DNA of 62,967 nucleotides, the filler included, from Reclinomonas americana ATCC 50394 (lineage: Eukaryota), in assembly GCA_048213135.1 (NCBI GenBank). It is 6 parts of 2 records of this genome, joined end to end, with 100 filler letters (N's around TTAATTAATTAA, not from the genome) between each part and the next. Parts side by side here need not be neighbours in the genome. Positions count along the whole stretch, not along the records: positions 1 to 15,265 come from PS015229.1; positions 15,366 to 25,930 come from PS015229.1; 4 more parts are not named here. The stretch is one strand, 5' to 3'. The translations under genes and the position numbers were made by a program. Shown here piece after piece: positions 1 to 15,404 of the stretch (positions are counted from its first letter, which is position 1; every line of letters starts with the position of its first letter). The notes beneath the pieces are model-generated. The model saw nothing but the letters and a program-made list of their open reading frames with translations, was not told where the DNA came from and ran no database searches.

Positions 1-130
<130 letters not shown>

Positions 131-155
131 TGATGACAGCACAAAAAACACAAAC

Positions 156-3100
156 CGTCACCGACGACGTGGACGACGACGAGGAAGAGCCAGAGCCGGA
201 GCCCGACGACTGGAAGATGCGACGCGACGCGATAGAACGCGATGCCGTCGTGGTCGTGCTGTTGGTGAACACATCCTTCATGTACGACAACTCGGGCGAG
301 TAAATGCCCGTCGTGCCGCCCGAATAGCTGCGCATCATGGTGATTTCACAAACAGCCACCGCACTGGCCGTCGTGGCTGTGCAATTTTTGGTTGCGGTGT
401 GTGAGTGACAAGACGTGCTTTCGCGATGATGGAAATGACACAAACCAGTGGCACGGCAGCTAATGTCACCAGCGCCGATGCCGGACGACGGATAGCGGGC
501 CACAATAGCACTGCTGTCGATACCCGACGAGGTGAGACTGGAGCCCGAGGTGTTTGCCAGCGTGCCTGGCTTGAGGACGAGAATGTCGCCGGTAGACGGG
601 TCGAGCACAACCTCGTACTGGTTCTGCCGACACGCCTCGTCGCACACCTCGTTCTCGTTCACCACCGTCGAACACTCGCAAATCGACGAGACAGGATTGA
701 TGGTGCCAGAGCCACTTGCACAACTCTGAACACAAAGACATCAGGAGGCGCAGTGAGAGTCAACATTCGCACTTGCGCGCACATGCATTTTCACACGACG
801 GACCTTGTTGCAGTCCGATGCACATAGACCAGTCGAGTTTCGCAGCTCGCCATTCGTGCAACGTGGCAGCACAATGGCCTCGCAGTCCAGCGTACTGTCT
901 TGCGTACTGACTGTGAACGAATCTGAAATGAACCGATACCCACGCTCACAGATGCACGAGCCGTCGCTCTTTTGGTACACACTGCGGCACATCGATTTCC
1001 AACATGTGAGCACCTTGCCTGGCAGCAAAAAATCGCACAGCAAACAGACCGATGCGCGCCAATGCACGAGCAGATAGAGGCGCCAGCGACGGATGTGGAG
1101 CTGGAGCCGCACGGGAAGCACGACGTCTGACCGGTGCGATCGTTATATGTACCCGACTGGCACAGGGTGCAGTTCGAAGCCGCCCTGTACGACATCATGA
1201 TGATGAGAGACGATGACTTATTTGTCTTGCACCTACTAAAATGTACACAAGACGCAACATCAGGCGCTTGCTGGCACCAAATGTGCCTGCCGGGCAACCA
1301 ACAGCGTAGGCCGAGCCCTCTGGGCAGTAATAGCCCACAGGGCATTCGTATCCGTTCTGCGTCTGGTTGTTGGTGGGACGGATCGATGTGGCGCCCTCCT
1401 GGCACACGTAGCCGGCCGCACACAACCTGCCGGACAAAGGGAGAGTAAGCGACGGGCACTCGAAATTAATGAATGGAAGAGCGTAATGTCAACGCAACGT
1501 GCACGAGGTACGATCGCTGACAATGCCAGCAGAGCCAGCGGGGCACGGGCCGCACGTGTCGGCAAAGGACGTCTGTGGCGAGTTCTCCACCATGTAGTAG
1601 CCGTACGGGCACAAGGTCGATGTTGACGATCCCTCGGGACAGTAGCTGCCAGTTGCGCACTTGAAGGGCGATCGACTGCCCTGCGGACAGAACCATCCCG
1701 CGGGACAAATTGTCGGAGAGGCCGAGAGCTGCGAGGGATGAGGAACGTAAGAGAGAGTACCAACTTGCGGAGTCATGTGCGACAAAGATTCCAACCTCAG
1801 GACAGTAGTAGCCGGACGGACACACAAGTGCGGCAGCAGACGACTGCGGGCAGTAGGTGCCTGCCGAGCACTTGTTCTTCTGAATGGAGCCGGCAGGGCA
1901 CTGGTAGCCACCAGGGCATGTGGTGCAGTCGGTCTGGTATCGACATGGAAGAATGGTGCGGAGTTAGCACGATGTGGAACGCGAAAAAAGAAAAACAGAG
2001 GAGTCGCACCTGCTCGCCACCACGTGTGGCCGCACGGTAGGAACCGCCAGCACACACGTAGGGTTCAATGGTGCCCGAAGGACAGAAGTGGCCAGGTGGG
2101 CATGGGTAAATCGTCGGTCTGGTAAGATAGAAGAAGACGGTGCGTGAGGATTTCCAAACTGCACCAAGTACGTGGTGCCGCAAACAAGACGCAACGACGA
2201 CATGCCCTCCAACGGGCAGTAGTACGTCTTGCGGCACGAGAGGCAGGTGGTGATGTTGACAGCGCCAACTGTTGGCGAGTACGTACCAGCAGGGCAAGTC
2301 TGTGGGGGGAAGCAGCAGTGAGAAAAACATTTGCGGTCGACCGGAGGAATCTGCGTGCACAAAGTACCATGGCATCCGACGCCAGCGGGCAATACTGTCC
2401 CGGAGGGCAGGCGCGTGGAATCGGATCACCAGGCAGACAAATGTATCCAGGCGGGCACGGACCACATTGCGACAACTGATAGCCACCAGTGGTGACCAGC
2501 ACAGTTCCCGACGGGCACGGCACTGGCTCCTGTTGGATTGGATTGAAGAAAACGGGCGAGTGAGTGAGCGACTGAGGTCACATGGCTTGTCACGTTCCGC
2601 ACGCAGACGCAACAGTGGTGCCCTCAGGGCAGTAGTGGCTGAGCGGGCACGGGCCTCCGCGGAAGTCAAACACCGGCGGATCGCGACGCGGCTCGTTGGT
2701 GAAGCACACAAAGCCAGCGGCGCAGTTGCCGATCAGAGAACCGCCGTTGCAGTACTTGCCAGCCGGGCAGCCAATGCAAGCACCCTGACTCTGCAGGTTG
2801 GGAGCCGTTCCGTACGTGCCATTGGCGCACAGCGCAGGGGCGCCGGAGCCAGCCACGCAGAACGAGCCAATCGGACAGTCGACTGGAGCAGTGGCGCCCG
2901 TGTCGCAGTAAGAGCCGGCCGGGCACTGCAAGCACGAAGCCTGGTTCGCCTGCGGCTGGTATGTACCAGCAGCGCAGGGGATGGCCGAGTCTGTGCCTCC
3001 AGGGCAGTAGTAGCCAGGGTTGCAATGGAACGCCGGTGGGTTCGCCACAGTCTGTCCAGCCGGGCAGTAGAAGCCAGGCGCGCAGTTGAAGTCAGGAAGC

Positions 3101-6100
3101 GACAGACCAGGAGCCACGCAAGCCTTGCCGCCCGTGCAAGTAACGCAGTCGGTGGCGGCACGGCCAGGAGCCGATGTCGACGGCAAGTAGGTGCCCGGAG
3201 AGCACTGCACGACACACCATCGTGTCAGTCAGTCCTGCATTCTTCGAAAGGGGGGAGAGAGACACGGTCGATTTTCAACTCACCGCCACCGGGGCCACGG
3301 TTCCCTGCAAACAATAGTGTCCGTTCGGGCATGGGCCGGTGGCAGGGTACAAGCCATTCGGTGACATGTTGTTCGGACTCGCCGTTGTCGAGCGCTACAA
3401 GTATCGAGTCATTTCGCTGCCGAACGCAAACACAAGAGGGGCTACAGCGACGACGCAACTCCAGCGCAGAAGAACCCAGCGGCGCACGGTCCGGTGACAG
3501 TGGTGCGACCGAACGAGTTGCAGTACGAGCCAGCCGGGCAGTCAGTGCACTGATCGACCGACAGCAGACCAGTGAGGGTGGACAAAGTGCCTGGTGGGCA
3601 CGGCTGTTCGCGAACAAGGAAAGGCGAAGAAAGCAAAACATGAGCAACGGATAGGAGCGACCTGTGAAGTTCTGCGTCGAATACGCACCGATGGCGAGCT
3701 GTTGCCACCAGCGCAGTAGTAGCCGGCCGGGCATGTCAGCGGTGTTGTCATGGCCGAGTTCGGGCAGTACTTGCCGGCCGGGCACGACAAACATGTCGAC
3801 TGCTGGGTGTTCGGTTGGTAGGTACCTGTGCGGCGGCCAATCGTGAGAACAAGGGTAGAGACGCACAGATAAACAACAGGAGACAAACCAGCAGTGCAAG
3901 CCCTCTCGACTCCACTTGCCGCCGGGCAGAAATAACCGGCAGGGCAAGGGTAGCCATCGGGGTCGCCAGCAGGCGTCGGTGTCCGTGAGGTATCCGAGCA
4001 CACGAAACCAGGCTGGAATCAAAATGTGAGTGCACACACACAACAAGAAATAGAAAATGATACACAACGTCGCAGTCTTTGGGTGTGCCAGACGAGTCGC
4101 AGTACTTGCCGTAGAAGCAGTGCTGGCAGCTCGACGACGACTGATTGCCTGTGACACCCGCCATAGTCAGTTTCATATGCAGCAGGACAGACACAGCAGC
4201 TTGTGGTGATCGAACCGGTAGAGTTGCTGAAGGTTCCTGGTGCGCACGGTTGCGGCACAATGCTACCAGACGGGCAATATGTGTTCACGGGGCAAATGTC
4301 ACCTGAGGGGAAAAAAACACAAGAATGTGAGAGCACTGCACGTCACACATCTCGGCGCCGACAAACAATCATACCAGTCGTGTGGTCTGTGGGTGTCGGG
4401 CTACGTGCACCACCGACGCAGTAGTAGCCAGGAGAACAGAAGGCCGTGGGATTCGTGAGTCCAGTTTGCTCGCAGTACTGACCAGCCGGGCACGCTTTGC
4501 AAGCGGCCACCGCAACAGTATTGGTAACATTGCTGTGCGAGTGGCGCAGAGGTGAGTTCGAGTAGGAGACGAACTATATAGGGGCGAGCAGAGGCGCAAC
4601 TTGAAAGTGCCAAGACCGCACGGGAACTGGTTGAAACGCAGAGTTCCAGCCGGGCAGTAATAGCCAGTGGGGCAGTCGCGCAGAATTGGGTACGGCGCCG
4701 CGTTGCCATCGCTAGCCGACAGGTCAGTGCAATAGTAGCCAGCAGTGCACTGCTTGCATGTCGACTGTCCGGCCGTGTCTTGGTAGGTGCCGTCCGCGCA
4801 TTTCTGCACACAGGAAGAGAAGCATCATCAGTGCAACGGAACTCTCTCTCTCTCTCTCACACACTCGCTCTCGCACACAGACGCAACAACAGGCGCTGCG
4901 GTGCCAGCCGGGCAGTAGTAGCCAATGGGGCAGAGTGCGGGTGTCGCGGTGGACGAGCCGGCAGCACAAATATAGCCAGCGTAGCACGTTCCAGAAGGTG
5001 CCGGCAAGCCAGTGGCGCCGCAGAACGAGCCAGCCGGGCAACTGAGGCAGTTCAACAACTCCACGTTGCCGGTCGTGGCCGAATACGTTCCCAACGGGCA
5101 CGGCGTGGGTGTTTGTGAGTTCTGTGGGCAGTAGTTGCCTGTAGCGCACAACGAGGTGTCAGCGGGCAGGTCGCATCTTTTGCAGGAGGAAGGAAAACAC
5201 ATATGTACCGATTGTGCACAGCAAAGCAATGTTGATACCCTGCGACTGGCCTCCCGGACAGTAGTAACCCGGTGGACAAATGTCGGTGGGCGCCAAGTTG
5301 CCAGAGCCGGCGCAGAACGAGCCTGGAGTGCACGGCGTCTCGGAAGTCGAGCCAGCTGGGCAGTAGTATCCCGGACGGCAAATGTTGCCCATGACACCGT
5401 CGGTGGGGTTTTCCACGTTGGAGCGACCCGAGCAGTAGTAGCCACCGCGGCACACATCAGTCCACGTCGACAGTCCGTTCGTGGCGCAGTACTTGCCACC
5501 CGGGCAAGCCAAGCAGTCGGACAACTGATCGCGCAATGAATGGTCGAGTGAACAAACGAGCACCCTGTGTCATATGCAAACACACAGAGAAACACACCTG
5601 GTTGCGCAGCGTCAACGGGTTGTATGTCGTGTTCGGGCAAGCGTACTCGGTGCCGAAGCGCGTGCCAGCCGGGCAGTAGTAGCCAGTCGGGCATGCATTG
5701 GCCATTCCATCGGTGGAGCCAGTCGGGCAGAAGTACGAGGGTGGGCACGTTTGGCATGTCGACTGCTGCAACTGGTCGTTGTACTGGCCAGCAGGGCACG
5801 GAAGCGGGGTGCTTGCGCCGGTGGGACAGTAGTTGCCGATCGTGCACCGATTTCCAGTGGTGCCATCCATCGGGTTTGCCACAGCAGCACGACCGGCACA
5901 GTAGAAGCCCGCGGCGCAGTTGCCTGAGGTAAGCGACATTAGCAAGCTATGCAAATACCGGGAGAACAAAAAAACCAAGTGAGAACGCACCTGAAACAGC
6001 AGTTCGCAAAACGCCGTCGCAGTACTGGCCGGCCGGGCAATCCTGGCAGTCGGTGCTCAGCGCCAGACCAGGGACGCTGCTGAATGTGCCAGGCGGGCAC

Positions 6101-6468
6101 GGCGCCGGATTCTACGCGAAAATAGGTGAGTACCCATATCCACACTTGGATTGTGCACACATATGAAAGAACAAACCCCGGTTGTCGGTCCGCAATAGTA
6201 ACCCTGAGGGCACGGTCCACCCGTACCCGCCATAATCACCGTGCCAATGTTGTCCTTGGCACCCGACAGGCAATAGTAGCCCGACGAGCAGTCGCCGTCC
6301 GGTGCGGTGAGACCAGAGACGCTGCAGTACTTGCCTGCAGTGCAGAAAGTGCACTGCGATGAGAGCGACAGTCCAGTCGATGAACTGAATGTGCCAGCTG
6401 TGTGTGCGAGAGAGAGTCACAAAGCGTGAGATCCTAGTCGTCGCGCCAAATACATGTCGAGTCAATCA

Positions 6469-6521
<53 letters not shown>

Positions 6522-9500
6522 GGGCACGGCTGCATGTTGGTGGTGGTGGTGCCGAGTGGACAGTACTTGCCGGCGAGACACGGCAGTGGATTGGTCGTGT
6601 TGCGTGGACAGTAGTAGCCAGCCGGGCAGCTCAAGCATGACGCTTGCTCTGCAGTCGGCAAACGTTGAGCATTCATATTCAACACACACGCACGCATGCA
6701 CTTTTGAGCAGCGGGAAAAACGCAACGAGTCAGTGGCTGGTACGTGCCCTCGGCACAACCCTGCGGCGCGTCGGAGCCAGTTGGGCAGTAGTATCCAGCC
6801 GGGCACACGCCGCCACGAGCATCGTTCGGTGGAGTGGCAGTGTCGCTGCCAGCGTTGCAATAGAAGCCGGCTTGGCACGGAGTGGCTGCACACACACACA
6901 AAGGCGTACTCAGCACACAAACATGCACACGTACACAATTGCATGGGGGCACACTACTCACCAGCTGCCGCAAGGCCAGTGGTGCCGCAGTAGTATCCCG
7001 GACGGCAGGTAACGCAGTCGGTGACAACCTTGGCACCCTTGGAGGGATTGTAGGTCTTTTGTGGACACGCAATCGGGGTGGCTGTGGTGTTCGGGCAGAA
7101 GTAGCCTGGTGGACACTCGTCGCCAGCCGTGCTAAAGGCACAAACAAAGGACGAACGTGAGCGAGGTTTGGGGAGGAGGGGGGGGAATAATAGACAAGCT
7201 TGACGGAGCGCAACTCCATGACAGGGCTCGGCGTCGTGGAGCGACCACTGCAATAGTAACCGGCAAAGCAAGCACCAGTGACGTCGGTCTGCGCGGTCCT
7301 CGTGCAGTAGTATCCAGGTGTGCAGTCAACGCAAGCCGACAGTGCCGATTGCGAGGCCTGTGGCGAGAACGACGAGGAGCTTGAGAATCACCAACCAGAC
7401 ACAAGTGAGAGCAGGAAGAAGTCACAGTGGGAAAAACAAACCAGCGAGTTGAATGTACCGCGAGGGCACGCTGTTGGCACTGAAGCGCCCAGTGGACAGT
7501 AGAAACCGGCTGGACAAGCTGCAAAGTTGGTGTTGCCAAGGCCTGGACAATACTTGCCCGCTGGACAAATGATGCAGCTTCCTTGCGCCACCGCAGGCTG
7601 GTAGTACCCAGCGTCGCACGGAATCGGCGTGGATGAGCCCACANNNNNNNNNNNNNNNNNNNNNNNNNNNNNNNNNNNNNNNNNNNNNNNNNNNNNNNNN
7701 NNNNNNNNNNNNNNNNNNNNNNNNNNNNNNNNNNNNNNNNNNNNNNNNNNNNNNNNNNNNNNNNNNNNNNNNNNNNNNNNNNNNNNNNNNNNNNNNNNNN
7801 NNNNNNNNNNNNNNNNNNNNNNNNNNNNNNNNNNNNNNNNNNNNNNNNNNNNNNNNNNNNNNNNNNNNNNNNNNNNNNNNNNNNNNNNTGGGCAGTACGA
7901 GCCGAGCGGACAGTTCTGCGGAGTGCTCGTTCCGCGTGGGCAGTACTTGCCGGCCGGGCACACAGCGCAGTCGGCCGACGAGGTCGCGCCGGTCGTAGCG
8001 CGGTACGTGCCACCTGGGCACGGCTCCTGCAGCGGACCTGAGGATCCAGTCGGGCAGTAGTAGCCAGGTTGACACGGGCCGGTGACAGCAATGGCCGCTG
8101 CATGGACGAAAAACATAAAACGCCAGTGAGTGCGTGGGGGCGAGGAAAGGACGTGGAAACTGGGGAGAGTGGCGTAACCTTCCAGGCAGTACGAGCCAGC
8201 CGTACACGGTGTGCATTGACCCTGAGCGCCAATGCCGGTGGTGGGATTGAAAGTTCCTGGCGGACAGCTAACTGGCGACGGTGTACCGGCCGGGCAATAC
8301 TTGCCCACCGGGCACAGATTCGCAGGCGAAGCAGGCGCAGTCGATCGACCAGCGGCACAGTACATGCCTGGAGAGCACACACGCACACGCAGAAAATTAA
8401 GTTACAAAAAGTGCAGCCAGCCAGAGAGACAAGCAAGCAACAGATGCAACGCACCTGCGGCGCACGTATACGACGCCTTCATGACCGTCAGCGAGGTGGT
8501 GGCCAGCGGACAGTAGTAGCCGGCTGGACACGTAGAACAGACGCCGGCACCATCATCGCTGTACATGCCGACACCGCACGCCACTGGGTCCGAGGTCCCC
8601 GCAATACATGCAGAACCTCCCGGGCAAATGGCGCACGATCCCTGGCCCCACCTGGCAGTGGGAGCTGGAAGGTGTCGGACACGCAATGTCAGCTCACATG
8701 ATCAGCAACAACTAGAGTCAACACGATGATGCAACTGGGATAGCGGGTGTTGGTCACGTTAGTGTACGAGCCCAGCTGGCACGGAATGGCTGCCGGAGAG
8801 CCGCGAGGACAGAAGTTGCCTACTGGGCAGTCGGAGCACTCGACGGCGGCCGTGAGGTCGGTTCGGCTGCTGTAGGTTCCCACAGGGCACTCGAACTGAT
8901 CGGCAAATGTGGTATTCTGCGGGCAATAGTAGCCGGCACGGCACGGTCCGCTGGGAGCCGACATACCGCCGCGGCAGTAGCTGCCAGCGGGGCACGCTGT
9001 GCACTGAGTGGACGACGTGAGCGCGGTGCTCGACGTGTACGTTCCTGTACGCAGCGCAATGAGAAAGACTCATGGGGCGTGCGGTGTGGCAACAAAAAGA
9101 AAACACAAACCCGGAGGGCATGGGAACTCGGAGGCGTAGGTGGTTCGCAGTCCGGTGTATTGCCCAAAAGTGTGACTCGCAGCCAACGAGCCGTTCGGCA
9201 CGCCGGGGCAGAAATGGCCGCTCTGGCAGGCCACCTTGGGCTGCGCGCAGAGACAAACAAAAACACGACATGTAAGTCACACTAAGGGACAGCAACAGTG
9301 CTGCGGAACATTCGTTTCGGCAACGCAACATTGGCAGGTCCGCCAGTTCCTTCGGGGCACGCAAAGCCCTCCCAACACACATTGCAGTCGTCCACCTTGG
9401 TGAGGCTGGTGGAGTCTGTGAAGGTGCCGGCGGGGCATGGCAGTGCTTGCGCGCTGTCGATGGCAGTTGAGTGATTGAGAAGCAGAGACAGGAGGAGTGT

Positions 9501-12500
9501 TCCCGAGACGAAACTTGGATGATCCCAACGGGCAGTAATGGCCGACGCTGCACGGCGCCGAGAATGTGGTCTGACCCACATTCGGGCACGTGAAGCCCGC
9601 CGGACACAGGAGACAGTTGGTGATGGCGGGGGAGCCAGTGCTCGGATTGTACGTTCCGGCCAAGCATTGCGTCGGCGCGCTTGAGCCGGGTGCGCACCAC
9701 GAACCCGCAGGGCACAACTGTGTGTGTGTGTGTGCGTTTGTGTGAGTCAGGTGTGGGGCGTGACGCGATTGACTGTGGAATCAGACCTGGCACGCGGAAA
9801 TGTCGGTCGACCCAGTGTTTGGATTGTAGTAGCCGGCAGGGCACGGGTACTGATTGGACACACTGCGGAGGAGGGGTCTCAGTATACAGACATGGAGCTA
9901 GCAGCACATATCAGCAGCCAGAATCGCAAGCGCAACTAGGTGCCAACGGGGCAATAGAAGCCAGCGGGGCAGGCACGAGGCGGGTTAACAGAGGTGTTCG
10001 ACTTGACAGTCGCCTGCAAACAGTAGTAGCCTTGCGGGCACGGCTGGCACTGGCTGACGCTGGTGAGGCGCGTGGCCATCATGGACGAGGCGCAACCGGA
10101 GACGGCGGACAGATCGTGCATGGTGCCGGCTGGGCACGGGAAGCTGGTGGCGCTCGGCGTTCCCGTCGGGCAGTAATAACCCTACATTTTGAGGCACATG
10201 CGGTGAGTCGGAGCAAAGGAAAAAAAAAAGAGTTAGTCAAAAAAAAATAGGCGACGCAACACTGGCGCAGTAATAAAGAGGATTGCCGCTGCCGTCCACA
10301 GTGCTGGTGATGGCCGAGTACGTTGTGCCTCCCGGGCAGTAAAAGCCGGCAATGCAGGCGATGCACTGGTCGGCAGATTGGAGCGTATCGGCAGCACCGT
10401 ATGTGCCAGGCGGGCAGTCCAGCTGGCGCAGACCATCGGGGCAGTACTTGCCCTGCGAACAGAAGGCAAGGAGACAAAAGTTGAGTAACACATGTGAAGT
10501 TGGGCGGTTGGCAGGAACGGCGACGCAACAATGGCACACTTGTTGGCGGCTGGCGTCGGAGAAGTGGAGCCAGCAGGGCAGGCGTAACCAGGGGAGCACG
10601 AGTAGCACACGGAAGAATTGGCTGACGAGTAGTAGCCAGCAGGGCATTGCACTGGCGGCACCGATGGGTCAGAGCATTGGGAACCCTGAAAGCGGACGCG
10701 AGGACGAGAGTTAGACATGTGTGATTGTGAACGCCGAGATAAGGAGAGACGCATGTGACATACCGCTGTGCAAGAGGTGCAAGAGGTGGCGCCCTGCTCA
10801 TGCATTCGCGCGTGTCAGCAAAATGTGACAAGAACACGATGGAAACGGATGTACAGGGGAGACGCAACAAGAGCCGACCAGCTTCCGACCGGACACCGCA
10901 CCGGCGGCTGCGTCGCATCCGAGCACTGGTAACCGCGAGGGCACTGAGTGCACGAAGTCTGCGCGAAAATGGAAGGGAGGGTGAGCATGATGAGACCAAA
11001 CAGCATCACGAGTGGCACAACGACAGACCGTGCCGCCGAGGGAGTAGTAGCCGCTGGCGCAAGCCTGACCGGCATTCGACGTGCTCGCGCAGAAGTAGCC
11101 GGCAGCGCACGGCGTGCAGGATGTCTGGTAGCGAAAGCGTGTGTGTGTGCGTGTTGAGTACACCACAACATAAACGAGGTACAATTGCTTGCCGTGCAGC
11201 CACCACAACTCACCGCCAATCCCAGCGAATACGTGCCGGCCGCGCAATTTTGCTCGCGAATGGACTTGTTGGAGCACTGGAAGCCAGCAGGGCATGCCGA
11301 GCAAGCCGACTGGCCAACGGCACTGGCGTAGTAGCCGTCGGGGCACACCGTAAGGGTGCGCGAGGTCGTCGACGGGCAGAAGTAGCCAACCGGGCAAGCC
11401 ACGCAAGCGNNNNNNNNNNNNNNNNNNNNGCCAGTGCCGTTGGCGTTCGGGCACGCGTAGCCTGTCACAAATGATTGGGTCAGCGCGCTCATTTCGTCAC
11501 GCGCGCGTGTGTGTTAAACTCACCAGGTGCACATTGCGTGCACGCCGTCTGGCCAGTGGTCGAGTAGTAGCCGGCCGAGCAAGCGACCGGAGCCACACTG
11601 GTGGAGGCGCACGCGGAGCCGGCAGGGCACGTGGTGCACGAAGTGGCGTTGGCCAACGAGTAGGTGCCAGCGGCGCAGGCCACAGGCGTCGACGATGCAG
11701 TGGCGCACATGAAGCCCTGCGTGTGTAGGTGACAAGAGAATGAGAGACACAGACTCGACAACGTCCCCAGCATTTCAATCTCACCGCCGGGCAGCTCTGG
11801 CACGCTGTGGAACCAGGAAGCGACCAAGTGCCAGCAGTGGTGCAAGCAGCGGGTGCAACGGCGGCTGAGGCGCACGAGGAACCTGCCGGGCACTGTGTGC
11901 AAGCCGTGGATCCAGCCAGCGCGTACCAACCGCTTGCACAAGCCACACGCGCCAATGTTGTCGGGCACTCGAAACCAGCATTACAGGTGGAGCACGCCGA
12001 CGCTGTAGGAGAGAAGAGGCAAGACGGGAGAAGGGGCGTTAGGCACGGGGAGACGGTGAACGTGCAATGCACGCACTCACATCCAGCTGTGGCGAACTGC
12101 CCGGCAGTGCAGGTGGTGACGGTGCCGTTGGCGGCGCAAGCCGTGCCGGCTGCGCAGGTCAAGCACGAGGTGGAGCCAGCAGGGGAGTACTTGTCTGCAT
12201 ATTGTAATGTGAGTGGCGGCGCAGTCTCAAACAGAGTAAACAAACAAACAATTTTACGCACTACCACCGCAGGGAAGTGGAGAAGATGACGCTGATGCAC
12301 AAGACGAATTGGCCGGGCACTGGGTGCACGCCGTGGCGCTTCCGAGGCTGTAGTATCCAGAGGCACAGGCCTGCACAAATTAGCCACCGACCGCGAGTGA
12401 GTTGCTGAGCACAGGAGAAAACTGCAATCGATCGATAGCTGCGATTCACGCACCACTCTGTCAAGAGTAGGATCTGGGCAATAGTAGCCTTGAGGACACG

Positions 12501-14485
12501 CGGTGCAGCTCGTAGACCCGGTGCCCGTCGTGTACTGCCCGTTGCTGCAGGTGGTGCACGAAGTCGCGCCGGCCGCCGAGAAAGTGCCACGCGGGCACAG
12601 CACCGGCGACGAGGTTGCAGTGGCGCAGTATGAACCGGCGGGACACTGCGTGCAACCGGCGCCCACCACGGCTGCGCACAAAGTGTGAGGGAAGGGAAAG
12701 AGGCGGGAAAGGAGGAAGGAGAGCACCAAGGGAGATGCACGCACTTCCGTAGAAGCCGGCAGAGCAGGCCTGGCAGCCGGAGCGGTTGGCAATGTTCGTC
12801 TGACCGGCCGGGCATGGCTGTGGGGCGGCGCACAGTGAATGCGAGAAGGGAAAAGAGAAAGAGAGGAGAACACAAAGAGGTGCGACGAACCGAACACGCA
12901 CTGGCGCCAGCGCCACTGTAGTAATTAGCGGCGCACGTGGTGACACCGGTGCCGTTGGTGTTGGGAGCGTAGCTACCGGCGGCGGTGACGGTGCAGGAGG
13001 TTTGACTGCCTGTGCTGTAGGTGCCGAGCGTGCATGTCTGGAAAACAAGTAAGATGGCATGGGACAATAACAACGAGATGGACCGACGAAGACGAAACGA
13101 CCGGGGCGACGGTGGCGTCGTTGCAAGACGAGCCGGCAGGGCACGCCTTGCAAGTAGACCCCAACACGTCTGCACACAATACGAGTGAGACAAACAGCAG
13201 CGGATGCACAAACTGGCGAACAGGAGAGATGCACCATTGTAAGTGCCGGCAGCACAAACGCTGCATCCCGAGTTGTCGGCGAGACTGGTTTGACCCTTGG
13301 GACACGCCTACTCGAGACAATGGAATGAGACTCCATGCAAACGCACAACATGTGGCTCCCGATATCCACCGCTCTCACCGTGCAAGTCAATTGGCCAACG
13401 GGCGACGAGTAGCCGACGCTGCAACGGGCGCGACCCGTTCCGTCAACATTCGGGCACTGGTAACCGGCCTCGCAGGTGATGCATGAGGAAGCGCCGGCCA
13501 GTGAGTACTCCGAGGCAGAGCTGTGCACACATGCATGATCAGTGACGGAGACAGTATGCGAGAGTGCAAGTGCTGCGCCAACGCAACTTGCAGGCCACTG
13601 GCGCGACAGCAGGATTCGCGCACGAGAAGCCAGCCGGGCACGTGCGGCAGACACCATCGCCCAGCGCACTGTACTGACCCGCCGTGCACGCCGTCGGTGT
13701 GCGAGACGGGAGAGGGCAAGAGAATCCTGCCGGGCATTGCACGCAGGCCGACGAGGCCGACGGTGCGTAGCTGCCAGACGCGCACTGCTGCGGCGACTGG
13801 GCGGGATTGGCACACGAGGCACCGGCGTCGCACACTGTGCATCCAGAGGCGCCAGCCACCGAGTACGTGCCAGCGGCGCAAGCCTGCGTGCCATCATAGT
13901 CAGAGAAGGAGGGATGAACAACAACAATGTAGATCACGGCGTACCGAGCAAGTACGCGAGCCACCGGCTTGGAAAGTGCCGGCAGCACACTGACCGGTGA
14001 CGGCCGAGCTGCTGCACTGTGAGCCGGCAGGGCACAAAGTGCAGGTGCTCGCACCCGCCGCCGAGTACGATGTGACGGGGCAGGCCTGTGGGAGGAGGTG
14101 AGGAACGGGGGTGGGGGAAGGGAGAGAAAGAGACAGACGGGGAGAGCAACGTACCGTGCAGGTACCGTCACCTGCAGCCGCAAACTCGCCAGCGTTGCAA
14201 AGCGTAATGGTGCCAGTGACTGTACACGAGCGTCCGGCCGGGCAAGTGGTGCAGGACGTCGCGCCGCCCAGAGAATACTGCACAGCGAGGTGAGCCACGC
14301 TGTGAAGACACTTACACATCTTGCCTCTACAATCACGAAACTGTGCCCAGTGAGCAGCTAACACAATCCGTGTCAACCTGGGCGCCAGTCGACGAGTACG
14401 CCGTGCCGGCGGCGCACGGAGTGGCCGCTGAGCTGTTGGCCAGGCAACTGTAGAGGGCGAAGAAGGGAGAGTGGTGTGAGACAAG

Positions 14486-14541
<56 letters not shown>

Positions 14542-15365
14542 ACGAAGAGTCGTTGTCGTGTCGTCGGTGTAGTTCGAGGCGAGTGAACNNNNNNNNNNNN
14601 NNNNNNNNAGAGAGAGAGAGAGAGTGGGGGGGGAGAGAAGGAGAGAGAGAAGATGATGAGAGACTAGTCTTGGGACTGAAAAAGCGATCAGACTGATTCA
14701 AAGACAGTCACGCACACACACACAAGTACGCACACATACACACACGCGCACACACACAACCAAGAGAGAGGAATGCGCCCAAGTCGTCGCCTTTGATGAC
14801 TTTAGGCGCGACTTATCTGTCTCGTAACTTTCATTAACTATACTCGCTCTCTCTCTCTCATACACAACACGCATAACGCACAAGGAAGAGAATGAGAGAC
14901 GAGCCTGCTACTGAGGGAGCGATCAATCTCTGTATCACATGGGCAATCGATCGAGCGCAGAAGCCTGACGCATTGACACGGCGCTTGTGCGGCCAGAGCT
15001 CTTCTCTCTGTCTGTCTTCCTTTTTCATACATCCTTCTCTTTCTTGCTGTGTCTCTCTGTGTTGCTGCTCTCTCACGCTCTCCGTTCTGCTTTCTTGTTT
15101 GCTCCACGCACCTTGCTCGTGATCCCTCAGTGAATGAGAGAGAGAGAGAGCAACGAAAGTGAAATAAGAGCCTGTGTGACGTGAGAGCGTCTCTCTTTTG
15201 CACTGCCTGAATCACCGAGCAGCAAAGCTCTTGTCTTTCGCTCTCTCTCTCTCTCTCTCTCTCTCNNNNNNNNNNNNNNNNNNNNNNNNNNNNNNNNNNN
15301 NNNNNNNNNTTAATTAATTAANNNNNNNNNNNNNNNNNNNNNNNNNNNNNNNNNNNNNNNNNNNN

Positions 15366-15404
<39 letters not shown>

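Noticed and set aside
2272-3654. 460-aa plus-strand ORF
   Set aside because: Antisense shadow of GC-rich exons of the Cys-rich gene.
1258-13587. Non-canonical TT-starting introns (G|TTGCG)
   Set aside because: Ambiguous where the next exon starts with G. At 13587, 43330, 49423 and 53116 the frame and the AG acceptor require cleavage before GT.
15310-15321. Recurrent palindromic TTAATTAATTAA as a biological element (e.g. piggyBac target site or repeat)
   Set aside because: It is always centred in exactly 100 nt of N padding, so it is an assembly linker.
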